Shown here one piece after another: positions 31,449 through 42,230 of a stretch of 64,000 nucleotides of DNA. The position numbers were made by a program, and so were the translations under genes. This DNA is from an uncultured Chloroflexia bacterium (GTDB lineage Bacteria; Chloroflexota; Limnocylindria; Limnocylindrales; CSP1-4): NCBI GenBank assembly GCA_963816905.1, contig CAWFMQ010000003.1, positions 48,887-112,886 on the forward strand, in the 5' to 3' direction. Each line of letters starts with the position of its first letter. Positions within the stretch are counted from its first letter, which is position 1. Under the pieces are notes generated by a model, which had not been told where the DNA came from, made no database searches, and was given only the letters and a program-made list of their open reading frames with translations.

Positions 31449-31694
31449 GGTCGTGCGCGTCGCAGGGCGGGCGATGTCCAGCGCGTCGGACGGCCGCTGG
31501 GACGCGGTTTCGGGGCAGCGGCTACGAACTCCAGGAGTCACGGGCGACCGTCGGGATCGGCGGCCTCGGCGCCAAGTTGAACTGGCTCCGGGCCGTGTCA
31601 CGGTGCATTGCGTTCCCGAGCCATGGCTCGGCCGCGTGACAGGTATGGTTGTCACGGGTGTGGCCAATTCGATGCTCCCGGAGGGCGTCCGACA

Positions 31695-32097
31695 ATGCGA
31701 CGACTGCTGTTGATGGCCGTGCTGATGGCAGGCTGCGGAGGCGCGAGCGCGACGGCCGGCGCCTCACCGACGGCGATCCCCACGCTGGGGATCGAGCCGG
31801 CGGTCAAGGTCCACGGGGTGGGGACGATCGAATTCGCAGCCCTTCGCCCTGGAGGGGGGCCAGTACCGAGCCGACTGGACGGCCGATACACACGCCCACG
31901 GCTGCGTCCATGTATTGACCCTTCAATCGCAGGGCGCGACCCCGCACTACATCGGGACCATCGCATCGACCACGCTCGCCCAGGGTGATCCCGGAACCGG
32001 CACGTCCTACCTTCCCGACGTCCCCGCCGGAACCTTCTTTGTGGCACCTGCGACCCCCTGCGACTGGTCGGTTGCGCTGCGCCGGACGGGCCCGTAG
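31695..32097 (+). pseudogene. small lipoprotein, one frameshift near 31840
   Basis: MRRLLLMAVLMAGC lipobox after GGAGGG. The sequence continues sensibly (QPFALEGGQYRADWTADTHAHGCVHVLTLQSQ...CDWSVALRRTGP*) only in another frame. Confidence 0.6.
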
Positions 32098-32424
32098 CGG
32101 CAGGTCAGACCCGCCTGCTCCGCGGCCCCCACCCCGTCGTGCCGGGACGCTTGCCCTGAGGAAGCCGAGGAAGAGGTCCGCACCCCGACCGCCGCGAGAC
32201 GCACGCGGCCGGGCAACCAACGAGACGAACGACGTAAATGAAACGCCGGCGGGGCTGCCGGGAAGGGCTCCGAAAGTGAGGAATCGACCGCCCGGACGGG
32301 GCCGCGTGGCCCACATCGGACGGGTGGCCATCCGCTATCGTCGGGCCGTCGTCCCGCCACGTGCAGGATGCCGCGGAGCGAGTTGTCGGGCTCGGATCAA
32401 TGTCGGACGACGATGGAGGAAACC

Positions 32425-32691
32425 ATGGAGCAGATCGCCAACGATGCCCGCCGACTCGCCAACATCGGCACCTTCTTCATCGTGCTGGGATGGGTCGCCG
32501 TCGTCTACGCTCTCGTGGCGGGGGTGCTGTGGTGGATCGACCTCGCGTCGCGCAGCTCGTTCAACGTCTTCGAGGCCTTCGCCGTCTCGGCCAGCGCGAT
32601 CGGCCTGCCGATCTTCGCCGCGTTCCTCATTGCGGGCTTCGGCTACGCCCTTCGCCTGTTCGCGCTGTACATCGCGTCCAGGTCCCTGTAG
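32425..32691 (+). CDS. small two-TM membrane protein
   Basis: ATG at 32425 after GGAGGA; two hydrophobic spans. Confidence 0.55.
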   Translation: MEQIANDARRLANIGTFFIVLGWVAVVYALVAGVLWWIDLASRSSFNVFEAFAVSASAIGLPIFAAFLIAGFGYALRLFALYIASRSL

Positions 32692-32711
32692 CCGAATACT
32701 GCACGCACGAG

Positions 32712-34244
32712 ATGAGCAACCGGCAGTTCGGGGCGCTCGTCGCCCTGGCACTCCTGTTCGCCGCCTGCTCGGCCGGGCCGGGGACGGGCGGGCAGCTCGA
32801 GGGCACCCAGTGGGTGCTCGACTCGTACGACCAGGCTGGGACGCTGACCATCCTCCCGGAGACCCTGTACGCGGATGCCAACTTCGACGCGTACCGCGTC
32901 AGCGGCTTCTCGGGCTGCAACGAGTTCGATGCGCTGTATCGCGCCGGTGGTCGCACGCTCAACATCACGCAGCCGTCGGGCACGCTCGTTGCCTGCGACG
33001 AGCCGACGATGACCTTTGAGCAGACCTACAACACGCTGCTGCAACAGGGTCGTTTCTACAGCGTCCGACGCGACACGCTGACCATGTTCGACACCGGCGG
33101 GAACACTGTCCTCGTGTTCGATGCTGCCCCGCGGAACGCCCTGCTCGGAAAGTGGCTGGTCGACTCGTACGGCACGAACCCGGGGACCGTCGTCGCGGTG
33201 CAGTCGGACACGCAGATTGACCTCGTGTTCGGTATCGCGAGTGTCGGTGGGTTCTCCGGCTGCAACTCGTTCAGCGGCACCTATGGAACGAACGGCAACG
33301 TCGTCCGGGTGAGCCGGCTGGCAACGACGCGGTTGGTGTGCGCGCCCGAGGTGATGGACCAGGAGACCGCGTTCCTCGGCGCGCTTCAGGGGGCGTCCCT
33401 CATCGAGTCGCGCGGGTCCCAGCTGAACCTCACGGACCGTTCCGGACGGCTTCTTGTCGCCTTGGTGAGACCGAGTGCCGTCGAACCCAGCCCGAGCCCG
33501 GCGGCCAGCCCGAGCCCGACCGTAACCCCGAAGCCGACCCCGACCTCGAGCCCGACCCCGACCCCGAGCCCGAAGTCGACCCCGACCCCGACTGCCAGTC
33601 CGACCGCGAAGCCGACCGCGAGCCCCACCCCGAAGCCGGCCGCCACTCCAACGGCGAAGCCGACCGCGAGCCCCAAGCCGAGCCCCAAGCCGACCGCGAG
33701 CACGAAGCCGACCGCGAGCCCCAAGCCGAGCTCCAAGCCGACCGCGAGTCCGCCCGTCACGATCCCTTCGACCGCATCATGCAAGTTGATCGGTAACGGC
33801 GGGACGGTCGCGACCATCGTGTACCCGGGCAGTTGGTCAACCGTGACCGAGCCCGCCGAACTCGCCTGCCGGTACTTCGATCCCGCGCCGATCACCGTGC
33901 CCGCGGACCCATCGACGCTCGAGACCGCGGTGATGGCCGGCCTGTCGCCAACCCCCTACGCCGAGGCCATCGCGGCCGCGACGGACCCGTTGGCGTGGAC
34001 CGTGAACACCAGGTCAGAGACGAATGTCCAGGGTGCCGCCGTGACCTGCATCGGCGCGATCGCGGCATCGGACGCAGCCGGGATCCCGGTCGGCACCGCC
34101 AGGTATGCCTGCCTGGCGAACGTCCAGGCCGCGGGCACCGTCGTGATCGACGCGACGGGTACGCCGGGCGACGGGGCGTACGCGGCCGAGGCGGCCGTCG
34201 TCACCCTGATGACGCTGGCCTCGACGTTCACGCCGCCCGGCTGA
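32712..34244 (+). CDS. lipoprotein with two META (HslJ-like) domains, a long Pro/Thr/Lys-rich linker and a C-terminal domain
   Basis: Lipobox LFAACS. Two copies of L.G..W.L......SGFSGCN.F...Y. Linker spans ~33480-33760. Confidence 0.8.
   Translation: MSNRQFGALVALALLFAACSAGPGTGGQLEGTQWVLDSYDQAGTLTILPETLYADANFDAYRVSGFSGCNEFDALYRAGGRTLNITQPSGTLVACDEPTMTFEQTYNTLLQQGRFYSVRRDTLTMFDTGGNTVLVFDAAPRNALLGKWLVDSYGTNPGTVVAVQSDTQIDLVFGIASVGGFSGCNSFSGTYGTNGNVVRVSRLATTRLVCAPEVMDQETAFLGALQGASLIESRGSQLNLTDRSGRLLVALVRPSAVEPSPSPAASPSPTVTPKPTPTSSPTPTPSPKSTPTPTASPTAKPTASPTPKPAATPTAKPTASPKPSPKPTASTKPTASPKPSSKPTASPPVTIPSTASCKLIGNGGTVATIVYPGSWSTVTEPAELACRYFDPAPITVPADPSTLETAVMAGLSPTPYAEAIAAATDPLAWTVNTRSETNVQGAAVTCIGAIAASDAAGIPVGTARYACLANVQAAGTVVIDATGTPGDGAYAAEAAVVTLMTLASTFTPPG
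33945..34058. repeat. source or partner of the 31334-31448 duplication
   Basis: See 31334-31448. Confidence 0.95.
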
Positions 34245-34714
34245 ACGAGGTCAGGGCAGGGTTCATCCGAGGCGCGCCTGGCGGCCGACGGGTCGCGGCG
34301 GGTCGGGACGACGGGATCATGGGCGCCGCCCGATCGGCACGATGTCGCCGGGCACGATCTGGTCGGCCGGCATCTCCACTACGTCGCCATCGCGCCGCAC
34401 TTGGCGACCGCCCTCACCATCTTGCCGAGGGCCGCCGCGGCAGCCTCGGCCCTGCCGTCCTGGTGGTAACCCAGCTACACGGTCAGTGGCGACGGCTACA
34501 GCTTCGACGGCCAGCTGCAGCGCACCACCGGCGACGCCGAGACCAGCCTCGATTACGTCATGTTCCCCTGCGCGCTGTGATCAGCAGGCGACGCGGGGTC
34601 GGGACCGAGGTGCGATTTCGGGAGGGCCACGCCCTTGCGGCCACGAGTACCCTGTGGCGATAGTCCGGAGCCGCGCCAGCGGGGGCGCGCACGGGAACCA
34701 GCGGGAGATAGAAG

Positions 34715-35086
34715 ATGGAAGAACACCCCAACGCGGCCGTCGCACGTCGAGCGAACGATGCCTTCGCGTCCGGTGACATGGCGACGCTCAATGCGCTGAT
34801 CGCGGACGACGTCGTCTGGCACGAGATCGGCCGCGCGGAGCCCAGGCGCGGCAAGGCCGCGGCGCAGGCCGGCATGACCGACATGGACTACGAGATCAGT
34901 GGATCCCTTCACGACGTGCTCGGCAGTGACGACCACGCCATCGCCCTCATCGACGCGAAGGCGACCCGGGGCGGGCGCACTCTGAACTACCGGACAGCCG
35001 AGATCTATCACATCCGCGACGGCAAGATCGTCGAGCGCTGGGCGTTCTCGGACGACACAGCGGCCATCACGGCGTTCTTCGCCTGA
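34715..35086 (+). CDS. SnoaL/NTF2-like protein
   Basis: 123 aa; ARRANDAFASGDMATLNALIADDVVWH...IRDGKIVERWAF. Confidence 0.75.
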   Translation: MEEHPNAAVARRANDAFASGDMATLNALIADDVVWHEIGRAEPRRGKAAAQAGMTDMDYEISGSLHDVLGSDDHAIALIDAKATRGGRTLNYRTAEIYHIRDGKIVERWAFSDDTAAITAFFA

Positions 35087-35120
35087 GGCGGCCCGGTTCC
35101 GGCCACCCTCCCGGAACGGG

Positions 35121-35180
35121 GGCTCACCCCGAACGCGCGAACGCCACTGCCTCATCCGACACCAACTGACGACCCTCTGC
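35121..35180 (-). pseudogene. orphan 3'-terminal fragment of a cyclase/ATPase/TPR-regulator paralogue
   Basis: Encodes AEGRQLVSDEAVAFARSG* (stop at 35124-35126). 48/60 nt identical to 36029-36088, the real 3' end of the large regulator gene. Confidence 0.7.
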
Positions 35181-35182
35181 CT

Positions 35183-35572
35183 TCAGGCGGCGGCCACGTC
35201 CGTGTGCGAAAAGTCGTCGCCCTCGAACAGGAGCGGCTCATTCGTCGCCCTGGCCAGCGCGTAGGCGAAGCAGTCGCCGAAGTTGAGCCCCGCGGGATGG
35301 CCGCTGCCCCTGCCGAAGTCGCGATAGGCATCGCGCGCGATCCGAGCCTGTGCCGCCGTCACCGGCTCGATCGCGATCGCGGCGGCGGTGATCAGCTCGT
35401 CCACGAGGCGGCTTGCCACCGGGTCGCGCGCCCCGTCGATGACAGCGCCGATCTCCACGTAGGTCGCGGCCGAGATCCGCCGGGCCGGCGCGGCCTCGAT
35501 TGCCTCCGCGATCCGCCGCGCCTCCGGCTCCCCGCGGAGGATGGCGATGATGGCCGACGTGTCGATGATCAC
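35183..35572 (-). CDS. vapC: PIN-domain toxin VapC
   Basis: [12 protein letters not shown]...[13 protein letters not shown]...FEGDDF. Confidence 0.9.
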   Translation of the reverse strand: MIIDTSAIIAILRGEPEARRIAEAIEAAPARRISAATYVEIGAVIDGARDPVASRLVDELITAAAIAIEPVTAAQARIARDAYRDFGRGSGHPAGLNFGDCFAYALARATNEPLLFEGDDFSHTDVAAA

Positions 35573-35823
35573 GCCGGGAGGCCGTCGTCAGCGTAGAGGA
35601 GGTTGCCGTGCTCCGCGGACCGGTACGGCTCCGGCAGGCGGCTCGCGCACGCCCTGCCGATGGCCACGAGGCGGTCGGCCAAGGGCGGAGCTTCCGCGCC
35701 GCGGAGCCGTTCGAGGCGGTCGCGCAACGCCTCCGTGACCGCCGTAGTGAGGGATTCACCGGTGATATCGGCCACCTGGCGCGCCAGCTCGTGTGCCTCC
35801 CGGTTCTTGATGTTCAAGCTCAT
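35569..35823 (-). CDS. vapB: VapB-type antitoxin
   Basis: [40 protein letters not shown]; 4-nt overlap with vapC. Confidence 0.85.
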   Translation of the reverse strand: MSLNIKNREAHELARQVADITGESLTTAVTEALRDRLERLRGAEAPPLADRLVAIGRACASRLPEPYRSAEHGNLLYADDGLPA

Positions 35824-36028
35824 GGTAGAAGTCTACCATCACTGGGTAGATCAGGACCCGGATGACCGCGGACACGTGGGACTCCTGGCCTGCCATGAGT
35901 CGGCACCCAGGGTCGCACCACCGGCACCGACGGCATAGCGGTCGCCGGTGGCCGCGGCGGGTGTTAGGCACCGGTCCAGCCGATCTGGCCAGCGCGACCT
36001 TCGTCTCCGGGCGTCGGTCTGAGCGCCC

Positions 36029-36088
36029 GGCTCACCCCGAAAGCGCGAACTGCACGGCCTCGTCGGCCGTCATCTGACGTCCCTCGGC
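36029..36088. repeat. 60-nt partner of 35121-35180
   Basis: Encodes AEGRQMTADEAVQFALSG* at the end of the regulator gene. Confidence 0.8.
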
Positions 36089-38888
36089 CCACGCGGACGC
36101 GAGTGCTCCTTCGTCGATGCTTCTCGTGCAGTCGGTCGGACCTCCGCGTCGTATTCCTCGCGCTCGTACGCGGTCATCGGGGCCCCGGCGGCGTCGCGGA
36201 GTGCCTCCGCAGCCCCGAGCAGGCGCGCGGCCCGCACGGGAGCCCTTCTCTGGACAACGCGACGAAGGCAAGGGACTCGAGCTGGTTGGCGACCGCCCCG
36301 CGGTTGCCCGTGTGCTGCCACCCCTGGATCGTCTCGTGATACTCGGCCTCGGCCCGGTCGAGCTCGCCGTCGCGTCGCAGCACATGCGCCAGCTCGCTCT
36401 GCGCTGAGAGTTCGAACCGGCGATCGCCGATGGCGCGGAACTGCGCCTGGGACTCGCTGAACCACCGCTGGGCTTCCGCGAGCCTGCCCGACCGGCTGGC
36501 GACGCGCCCGCGAACCTGCGCCGACGATGCGATCTGGTACGGGTTGCCGGTGCGACGGGCGCTCTCGGTCGCCTTCTCTGCCCAATCCTCGGCATCTGCG
36601 GAGCCCAGCGCGGCCTCGATCATCGCCCAACTGGCCTGGACACGGCTCAGGCGGGTCCACTCGCCGAGGTCCGTGGCCAATCGCAATGCCTCTTCCGCCT
36701 TCTCGCGCCAGCCGCCGGCCTCACGCCCACCTCCCGTGTACACCTTCGCCATTGCGAGGGACACGAGGGCGTCCGCGATCGCGGCGGGATCGCCGCTTTC
36801 CCGGGCGACGGCGACGGCTTCTTCGCCGAGTGCGGCCGCGCTGCGGCCGCCCGAGACCGCCGCCCACGTGGCAAGCGCGATGGCACGGGCGACGAGAACC
36901 GATCGCGCGTGGCGAGCGGACCCCGACTCGGGTTCAGGCAGTCGCCGCACGAGGCCCACCGCCTCCATCGTGCGCTCGAAGCCCTTCCGCCACGACCGAC
37001 CGGGTCGTCCAGTACGGGCCCAACGCGACGCACAGTTCCAGTGCGACCTCCGGCCGCGTCTCGAGCGCCCAATCCGTCGCCAGCGCGCAGGTTGTCGACG
37101 TCCGCGTCGAGTCGCCCCAGCCATGCCACCATCTCGGGGCCCTGGAGACGGGACTCCGCGTCGCGCGCCACCTGTATGAAGTACGCCAGGTGCCGGTCGC
37201 GAAGCTCGGCGGCCTCTCCGCTCGCCACCAGCCTGTTCCCGGCGTACTGGCGGATGGTCTCGAGCATCCGGTAGCGGGTGGATCCCTCGTGGTCGACGAC
37301 GACCAGCGACCGATCGACGAGGCGGCTGAGCCCGTCGAGCGTCTCGATCCGCGCGAGCCGGTCGACCCCGCCCGCTGGAGCCTGGCCGCCGCCCGGTGCC
37401 ACGCGGGACGTGACCGCTGCGGCCGCATCGAGCGTCCAGCCGCCGGCGAAGACGGACAGCCGGCGCAGCAACAGGCGATCTGGCTCGGCAAGCAGGTCCC
37501 AGCTCCAGTCGATGAGCGCCTGGAGCGTCTGCTGGCGCGGCGACCGCCGTCCGGCGTCCGCCGGTCAGCAGACGGAACCGGTCGCCGAGACCCTGCGCGA
37601 TCTCCTCGACCGAGAGGACGTTGACCCGCGCGGCCGCGAGCTCGAGGGCGAGCGGGATGCCGTCGAGCCGCCGGCAGATCTCGACGACGGCGCGCGCGTT
37701 CGCGGACGTCGAGCGCGAACGACGGCAGGATCGCCACGGCGCGCTCGACGAACAGCCGGACGGCCTCCGAGCGGCCGACCAGTTCGAGCTGTTCCGCGCG
37801 CGCCGTACCGCGGGGCGTCGTGCGCCGCGATCGGCTCCGGCAGGCCCATCGACGGCACGGCGAAGACGGCTTCGCCCGTCGACGCCGAGCGGCTCGCGGC
37901 TCGACGCGAGCACGCTGAGAGCGGCACAGCTGCCGAGCAGGCGATACGCCACGTCGGCAGCGGCCCCGATCAGGTGCTCGCAGTTGTCGAGGAGCAGGAG
38001 CAGCTCCTTCGAGCGCAGGTAGTCGACGATCGCGTCGATCGGCGGCTGGCCGGGCTGCTGCTGGACCGTGAGCGCGCGGGCGACACCCTGGACGACCTGG
38101 CCTGGGTCGCTGATCGGGGCCAGCTCGACGAGCCAGGTCCCGTCGCGATAGCGGGCGATCCCAGTCCGCCGCCGCCTGCAGCATCAGTCGCGTCTTGCCG
38201 GTGCCGCCGACGCCGACCAGGGTGACCAGCCGACCCACGGCCAGCAGCGTGGATGTCGACGAGCTCACGCTCACGCCCGACGAACGAGGTGACCTGGACC
38301 GGCAGGTTCGTCTCGTGGCGGACCGCAGAGCGGAGCGGCGGGAACTCGCGCGGCGAGGCCCGGCGCCACGAGCTGGAACACGTGCTCCGCTCGATCCACG
38401 TCACGAAGCCGATGGTCGCCCAGATCGATCAGCGTCGGCGCCCGGCGGCAGGTCGTCGGCAACGAGGAGGGCCGTCGTGCCCGACACGAGTACCTGGCCG
38501 CCGTGCCCGATCGCCAGCAGTCGGGCGGTCCGGTTGAGCGCGGGCCCGAAGAAGTCGCCGTCCCGCGACTCGGCGCTCCCGGAGTGGATCGCCATCCGCA
38601 CGCGCAGCGGGCCGGTCGGCGGCCAGTCGTGACGGCCGAGCGCGTGCTGGCCCTCGATCGCTGCCGTCAGCGGCCGCCTCGGGTCGGTCGAAGGCCGCCA
38701 GCAGCCCGTCACCGGTGGTCTTGACGACGGTCCCGCCCGAACGTTGCACGGCCGTCCGCAGCAGTCGGTCGTGGGCCTCGAGGGCATCCGCCATCTGCTC
38801 GCGGTTCGCTCTCCCAGAGGCGGGTGCTCCCCTCGATGTCGGTGAAGAGAAAGGTCTCGGTTCGGGCGGCGGCGCGCGGTTCGGTCAC
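36032..38888 (-). pseudogene. class III adenylate/guanylate cyclase - AAA ATPase - TPR regulator, about 14 frame changes
   Basis: GTG at 38888. Segments TFLFTDIEGSTRLWE / ANREQMADALEAHDRLL...TTGDGLLAAF / ...RMAIHSGSAE...FGPALNRTARL / ...LVGVGGTGKTRL... / ...LLLLDNCEHL... / ...LDGIPLALELAAARV... / TPR region / ...AWAEGRQMTADEAVQFALSG* lie in alternating frames. Confidence 0.8.
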
Positions 38889-39084
38889 CGGCGTCGCGAG
38901 GCTCGGGGTCCGTCGGCCTCGTGCCGGGCCGCGGCTCCGGCGCGCAGATCAGGCCAGATGTCGTGGTCCCCGGGAGTCTCGCGCATAGCTGGACATTGTC
39001 GGCTGGCGGCGCCGGACGTCAATCACCCGGTACCGGGCGTCGGGCGATCCGTCACCCCATGCCGCGCTGGAGGACGGCGCAGGG

Positions 39085-40632
39085 TCAGCAGGTCACCTTG
39101 TGCTCGACACCCGACAGGTGATCGCCCGGGTCGGCCCGGTACCCGTCCGTGCCCGACCCACCGTTGAGGGTGTCGTTTCCGACGACACCGTCTTTGGCGC
39201 ACAGCGTGTCGTTGCCGGGGCCGCCGTTCAGCCGGTCAGCGCCCGGGCCTCCGATGATGCTGTCGTTGCCGCCCCCGCCGTCAAGGTAATCGTTGCCGCC
39301 CAGACCGCTGATCGTGTCGTTCCCACCCATGCCGCAGATGATGTCGGCGCCGCTGGTACCCGTGAGCGCGTCCGGTCCGGCGGTGCCCACCAGAACCACA
39401 CCCGTCGGCGCCGTGGCACCGCGCTCGTAGGCACCCAGGTCGACGGTGGGACCCTGCAGCCTGTGGCGGCCCGCGGCATCAGGGTCTGCGACGCCTCCCG
39501 GCGAGCAGACGATGCCCTTGTTGATCAGCGGTGACGCTGCCCGGAGTTGCAGGTTGCCGCTGGATGGATTCACGTACCCCGGCGCCAGGCTGAGGTTGCC
39601 ACTGCCCAGCGAGCGCCCCTCCAGGTGATCGGCCAGGCCGATGGCGTAGAAATCGTTGCGCCCGGCGTTGAACGAGAGGGTCAGAGGTGACGCGCTCGCG
39701 CTGCTGTCCAGGGTGATCGCCGACCCGGCCACGTGAGAGAACACGTTGTTGTAGGCGAAGACGCCGAGCGACCCGCCCGGTGTCACAGCGTCGGCCGCGC
39801 TCAGGGCCCGGAACCCGGTGTCGTTGATGGTGTTGCCGACGACGTCGGCCGTCAGCTGCACGGGATCGGTTGAGGTCGCCAGCCCGATCGTCGCAGGCGC
39901 GGCGCCGCGGAACAGGCACATGTTGCAGTGCAGGTCCCAGAACGCGTTGTTGTAGACCGCGACTGTCACCGTGCCGCCCGTCCCGCAGGCGCACGCTCCC
40001 AGGCCGCCCCCACTCCGCGTGGAGCCGTGGGCGGTGACCTGATCTCCCACGAACCGGAACGCAACCTGTCCGCTGCCGTTGGTGGCGGCAAGCGACACGC
40101 CGGAGCCGAAGTCGGCCGTGTTGCTGATCACGCTGTGCGTGACGGTCACGGACGACGGGACGGCGGCATCGACCTGCAGGGCGATCGGGTTGATGAGGCC
40201 GTCCGCTCCCGTCTCGTTGATGGTGACGTTGTGGACGCTGACGGTATGGCCGGTTCCACCGCTCAGATTCACGGACACCTGGCCGCCGAACGTGATGCCG
40301 CCGATGTCCATGACCACGGTGCCGCCCGTGGCGGTCAGGGTCGTGTCGCCGGTGATGGTGGGATGGAATCCGCTCCCCGCGATCAGGCTCAGGCTCTTGT
40401 TCTGGATGGTCACGTTCTCGACGACGGGAGTGTTCGTCTCGATCCCGATGCCATCTCCGGAGTTCGCATCGTTGATGCACTCCTGGAGGGAGACATCCGC
40501 CTGGGACCTGCATCCGCCCGGAAACACCCACAGCACCCCGAGCGCCAGGCTGGGCGACGGCGCCGCCATGGTGAGCACGAGCGGCAGGCAGATCAGCATC
40601 GCAACTCGAACTCGTGTCCTGTGCATCGGCAT
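39085..40632 (-). CDS. secreted right-handed beta-helix protein with C-terminal RTX (GGxGxD) Ca-binding repeats
   Basis: ATG at 40632 after GGAGG; signal peptide. [42 protein letters not shown] near the C-terminus. Confidence 0.85.
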   Translation of the reverse strand: MPMHRTRVRVAMLICLPLVLTMAAPSPSLALGVLWVFPGGCRSQADVSLQECINDANSGDGIGIETNTPVVENVTIQNKSLSLIAGSGFHPTITGDTTLTATGGTVVMDIGGITFGGQVSVNLSGGTGHTVSVHNVTINETGADGLINPIALQVDAAVPSSVTVTHSVISNTADFGSGVSLAATNGSGQVAFRFVGDQVTAHGSTRSGGGLGACACGTGGTVTVAVYNNAFWDLHCNMCLFRGAAPATIGLATSTDPVQLTADVVGNTINDTGFRALSAADAVTPGGSLGVFAYNNVFSHVAGSAITLDSSASASPLTLSFNAGRNDFYAIGLADHLEGRSLGSGNLSLAPGYVNPSSGNLQLRAASPLINKGIVCSPGGVADPDAAGRHRLQGPTVDLGAYERGATAPTGVVLVGTAGPDALTGTSGADIICGMGGNDTISGLGGNDYLDGGGGNDSIIGGPGADRLNGGPGNDTLCAKDGVVGNDTLNGGSGTDGYRADPGDHLSGVEHKVTC

Positions 40633-40725
40633 GACCTCCGCGTACGCTCCGAAGTCGGGGCAGTCTGCCGGAGCCGCCATGCGCCGGTCAAGTGGCCTTG
40701 TGACCTCGCTCTGCGCCGCCTCAGC

Positions 40726-41859
40726 TCAGGCGCTGGGTGCCCCGTCCTCGACGACCTCGGGTCGCGGCTCGACCTTGTTGCGCAGCAGGGTCGCCAGCCC
40801 TCGCGAGGACGGCGACGCCTCCAGGATCATGACGAGCCCGATCGTCAGCGGCACGGCCAGGAGCGCGCCGGCCGCGCCGAGGATCCATGCCCACGCGATG
40901 ATCGAGATGAAGACGACCAGCGGGCTCAGGTTGAGCTCGTTTCCCATGACCAGCGGCTGGAGCAGATGGTCCTGCGCGAAGTTGATGACGGCGTACCCGA
41001 TCACGACGATCGCCGCCGCGACGAGTCCGCCATCGAGGAGCGCGAGGATGGTCGGCGGGACGAGGGCGATGATGAAACCGACGTTCGGGACGAAGCTCGC
41101 GGCGAAGACCAGGAATGACCAGAGCGCCGGGAACGGCACGCCGACCACCCAGAGGAGCGCGTAGACGAGCACAGCCGCGAACACCCCGAGCAGGGCGCGG
41201 ACGACCAGGTACCGTCGCAGATCTGTTCCGAACCGCTCCACCCCGACGAGCAGCGCGTGTCGTTCGCCGAATGCCGCCTCCGCGCGCCGGCGGAGCCCCG
41301 CAGCGTCGGCGAGCGCGTAGAGCATCGTGAACGCGAGCACGAAGATCGCCGCGCCGGTGCCGGAGACAGCGGACGCGACGGGCCGGATGAAGGAGGCGAC
41401 CTTCTCCGGCGTGATGATCGACGAGATCGCACCAGGGTCGGTGGTGATCCCGAAACCGGCCAGGTAGTCCTGCGCCGCCGAGATCAGCTCGCGCAGGCGA
41501 TCCTCGTATCGCGGGATCTGGACAACGAGTTCTCCCACCGAGAAGGCAATGATCGCGGCCGTCGCGAGGATGACCAGGAGGACGAGCGCGATCGCGGACG
41601 CCAGGGCGAAGGCATGTCGGACGCCGCGCCGCTCGATGGCGCCGACGAGGGGGGAGGCGATCAGGGCGAGGAAAAGCCCGAACACGATCGGCACGACGAG
41701 CTCCGCCACTTCGCGAAGCGCAAGCGCCGCGACAAGGACCAGCACGAACCCCGCGATCGCCGTGAGCGGGCCTGCGGGCAGGACGAGCGCGTGTCCTGCG
41801 GGCGCCTCGCCGCGCCCGTTCGCCGCAGGGTGGTCCTCGGTCCGTGTGTCAGTCGCCAT
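40726..41859 (-). CDS. AI-2E (PerM) family transporter
   Basis: 377 aa, intact; typical TM pattern. Confidence 0.85.
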   Translation of the reverse strand: MATDTRTEDHPAANGRGEAPAGHALVLPAGPLTAIAGFVLVLVAALALREVAELVVPIVFGLFLALIASPLVGAIERRGVRHAFALASAIALVLLVILATAAIIAFSVGELVVQIPRYEDRLRELISAAQDYLAGFGITTDPGAISSIITPEKVASFIRPVASAVSGTGAAIFVLAFTMLYALADAAGLRRRAEAAFGERHALLVGVERFGTDLRRYLVVRALLGVFAAVLVYALLWVVGVPFPALWSFLVFAASFVPNVGFIIALVPPTILALLDGGLVAAAIVVIGYAVINFAQDHLLQPLVMGNELNLSPLVVFISIIAWAWILGAAGALLAVPLTIGLVMILEASPSSRGLATLLRNKVEPRPEVVEDGAPSA

Positions 41860-41894
41860 TCGAGCTCACTCGATCCCCGCGCTGCGGCGTCGTG

Positions 41895-42008
41895 TCAGCT
41901 GAGCTTGACCGCGCCGCCAAACGCCACCATCTCGCCCGGCCCGTTCCCGCCGATGTCGGACGAATCGAAGCGCGGACCAGTGGCGAGAGGCGCGTTCAGA
42001 TCGGACAC
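41895..42008 (-). CDS. candidate 37-aa small ORF upstream of the AI-2E gene
   Basis: GGGAGGG is 7 nt upstream of the GTG at 42008. VSDLNAPLATGPRFDSSDIGGNGPGEMVAFGGAVKLS*. It ends 36 nt before the transporter ATG. No homology known to me. Confidence 0.3.
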   Translation of the reverse strand: MSDLNAPLATGPRFDSSDIGGNGPGEMVAFGGAVKLS

Positions 42009-42230
42009 CTGGATTCCCTCCCTCGAGACACTCGTCAGGCGGGCGGTCACGGTCGCCCTCGCCGGAAGAATAGTCGACGCAACGGCCGGCAGGCCGACTC
42101 GCTCTCGCGCGGCCGGCGATCACCGCCAACCCGGCCGGATCACCTCCAGGTCGGTCACCGGGGAAACCTCCCTGGAGGCGGCTGCGTGTCACCCGGACCG
42201 GTCATTTGTGCTGGCGCCGGTCAGCGGGGA

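Noticed and set aside
31334-34058. The repeat pair could be a diversity-generating retroelement template/variable repeat.
   Set aside because: There are only 2 substitutions and one indel, and they are not adenine-specific. No reverse transcriptase or accessory gene occurs anywhere in the window.
34480-34590. SYTVSGDGYSFDGQLQRTTGDAETSLDYVMFPCAL* reads like a genuine protein C-terminus.
   Set aside because: It is preceded by an in-frame TAA and nothing coherent lies upstream. It is probably a gene remnant, but I cannot name it or bound it.
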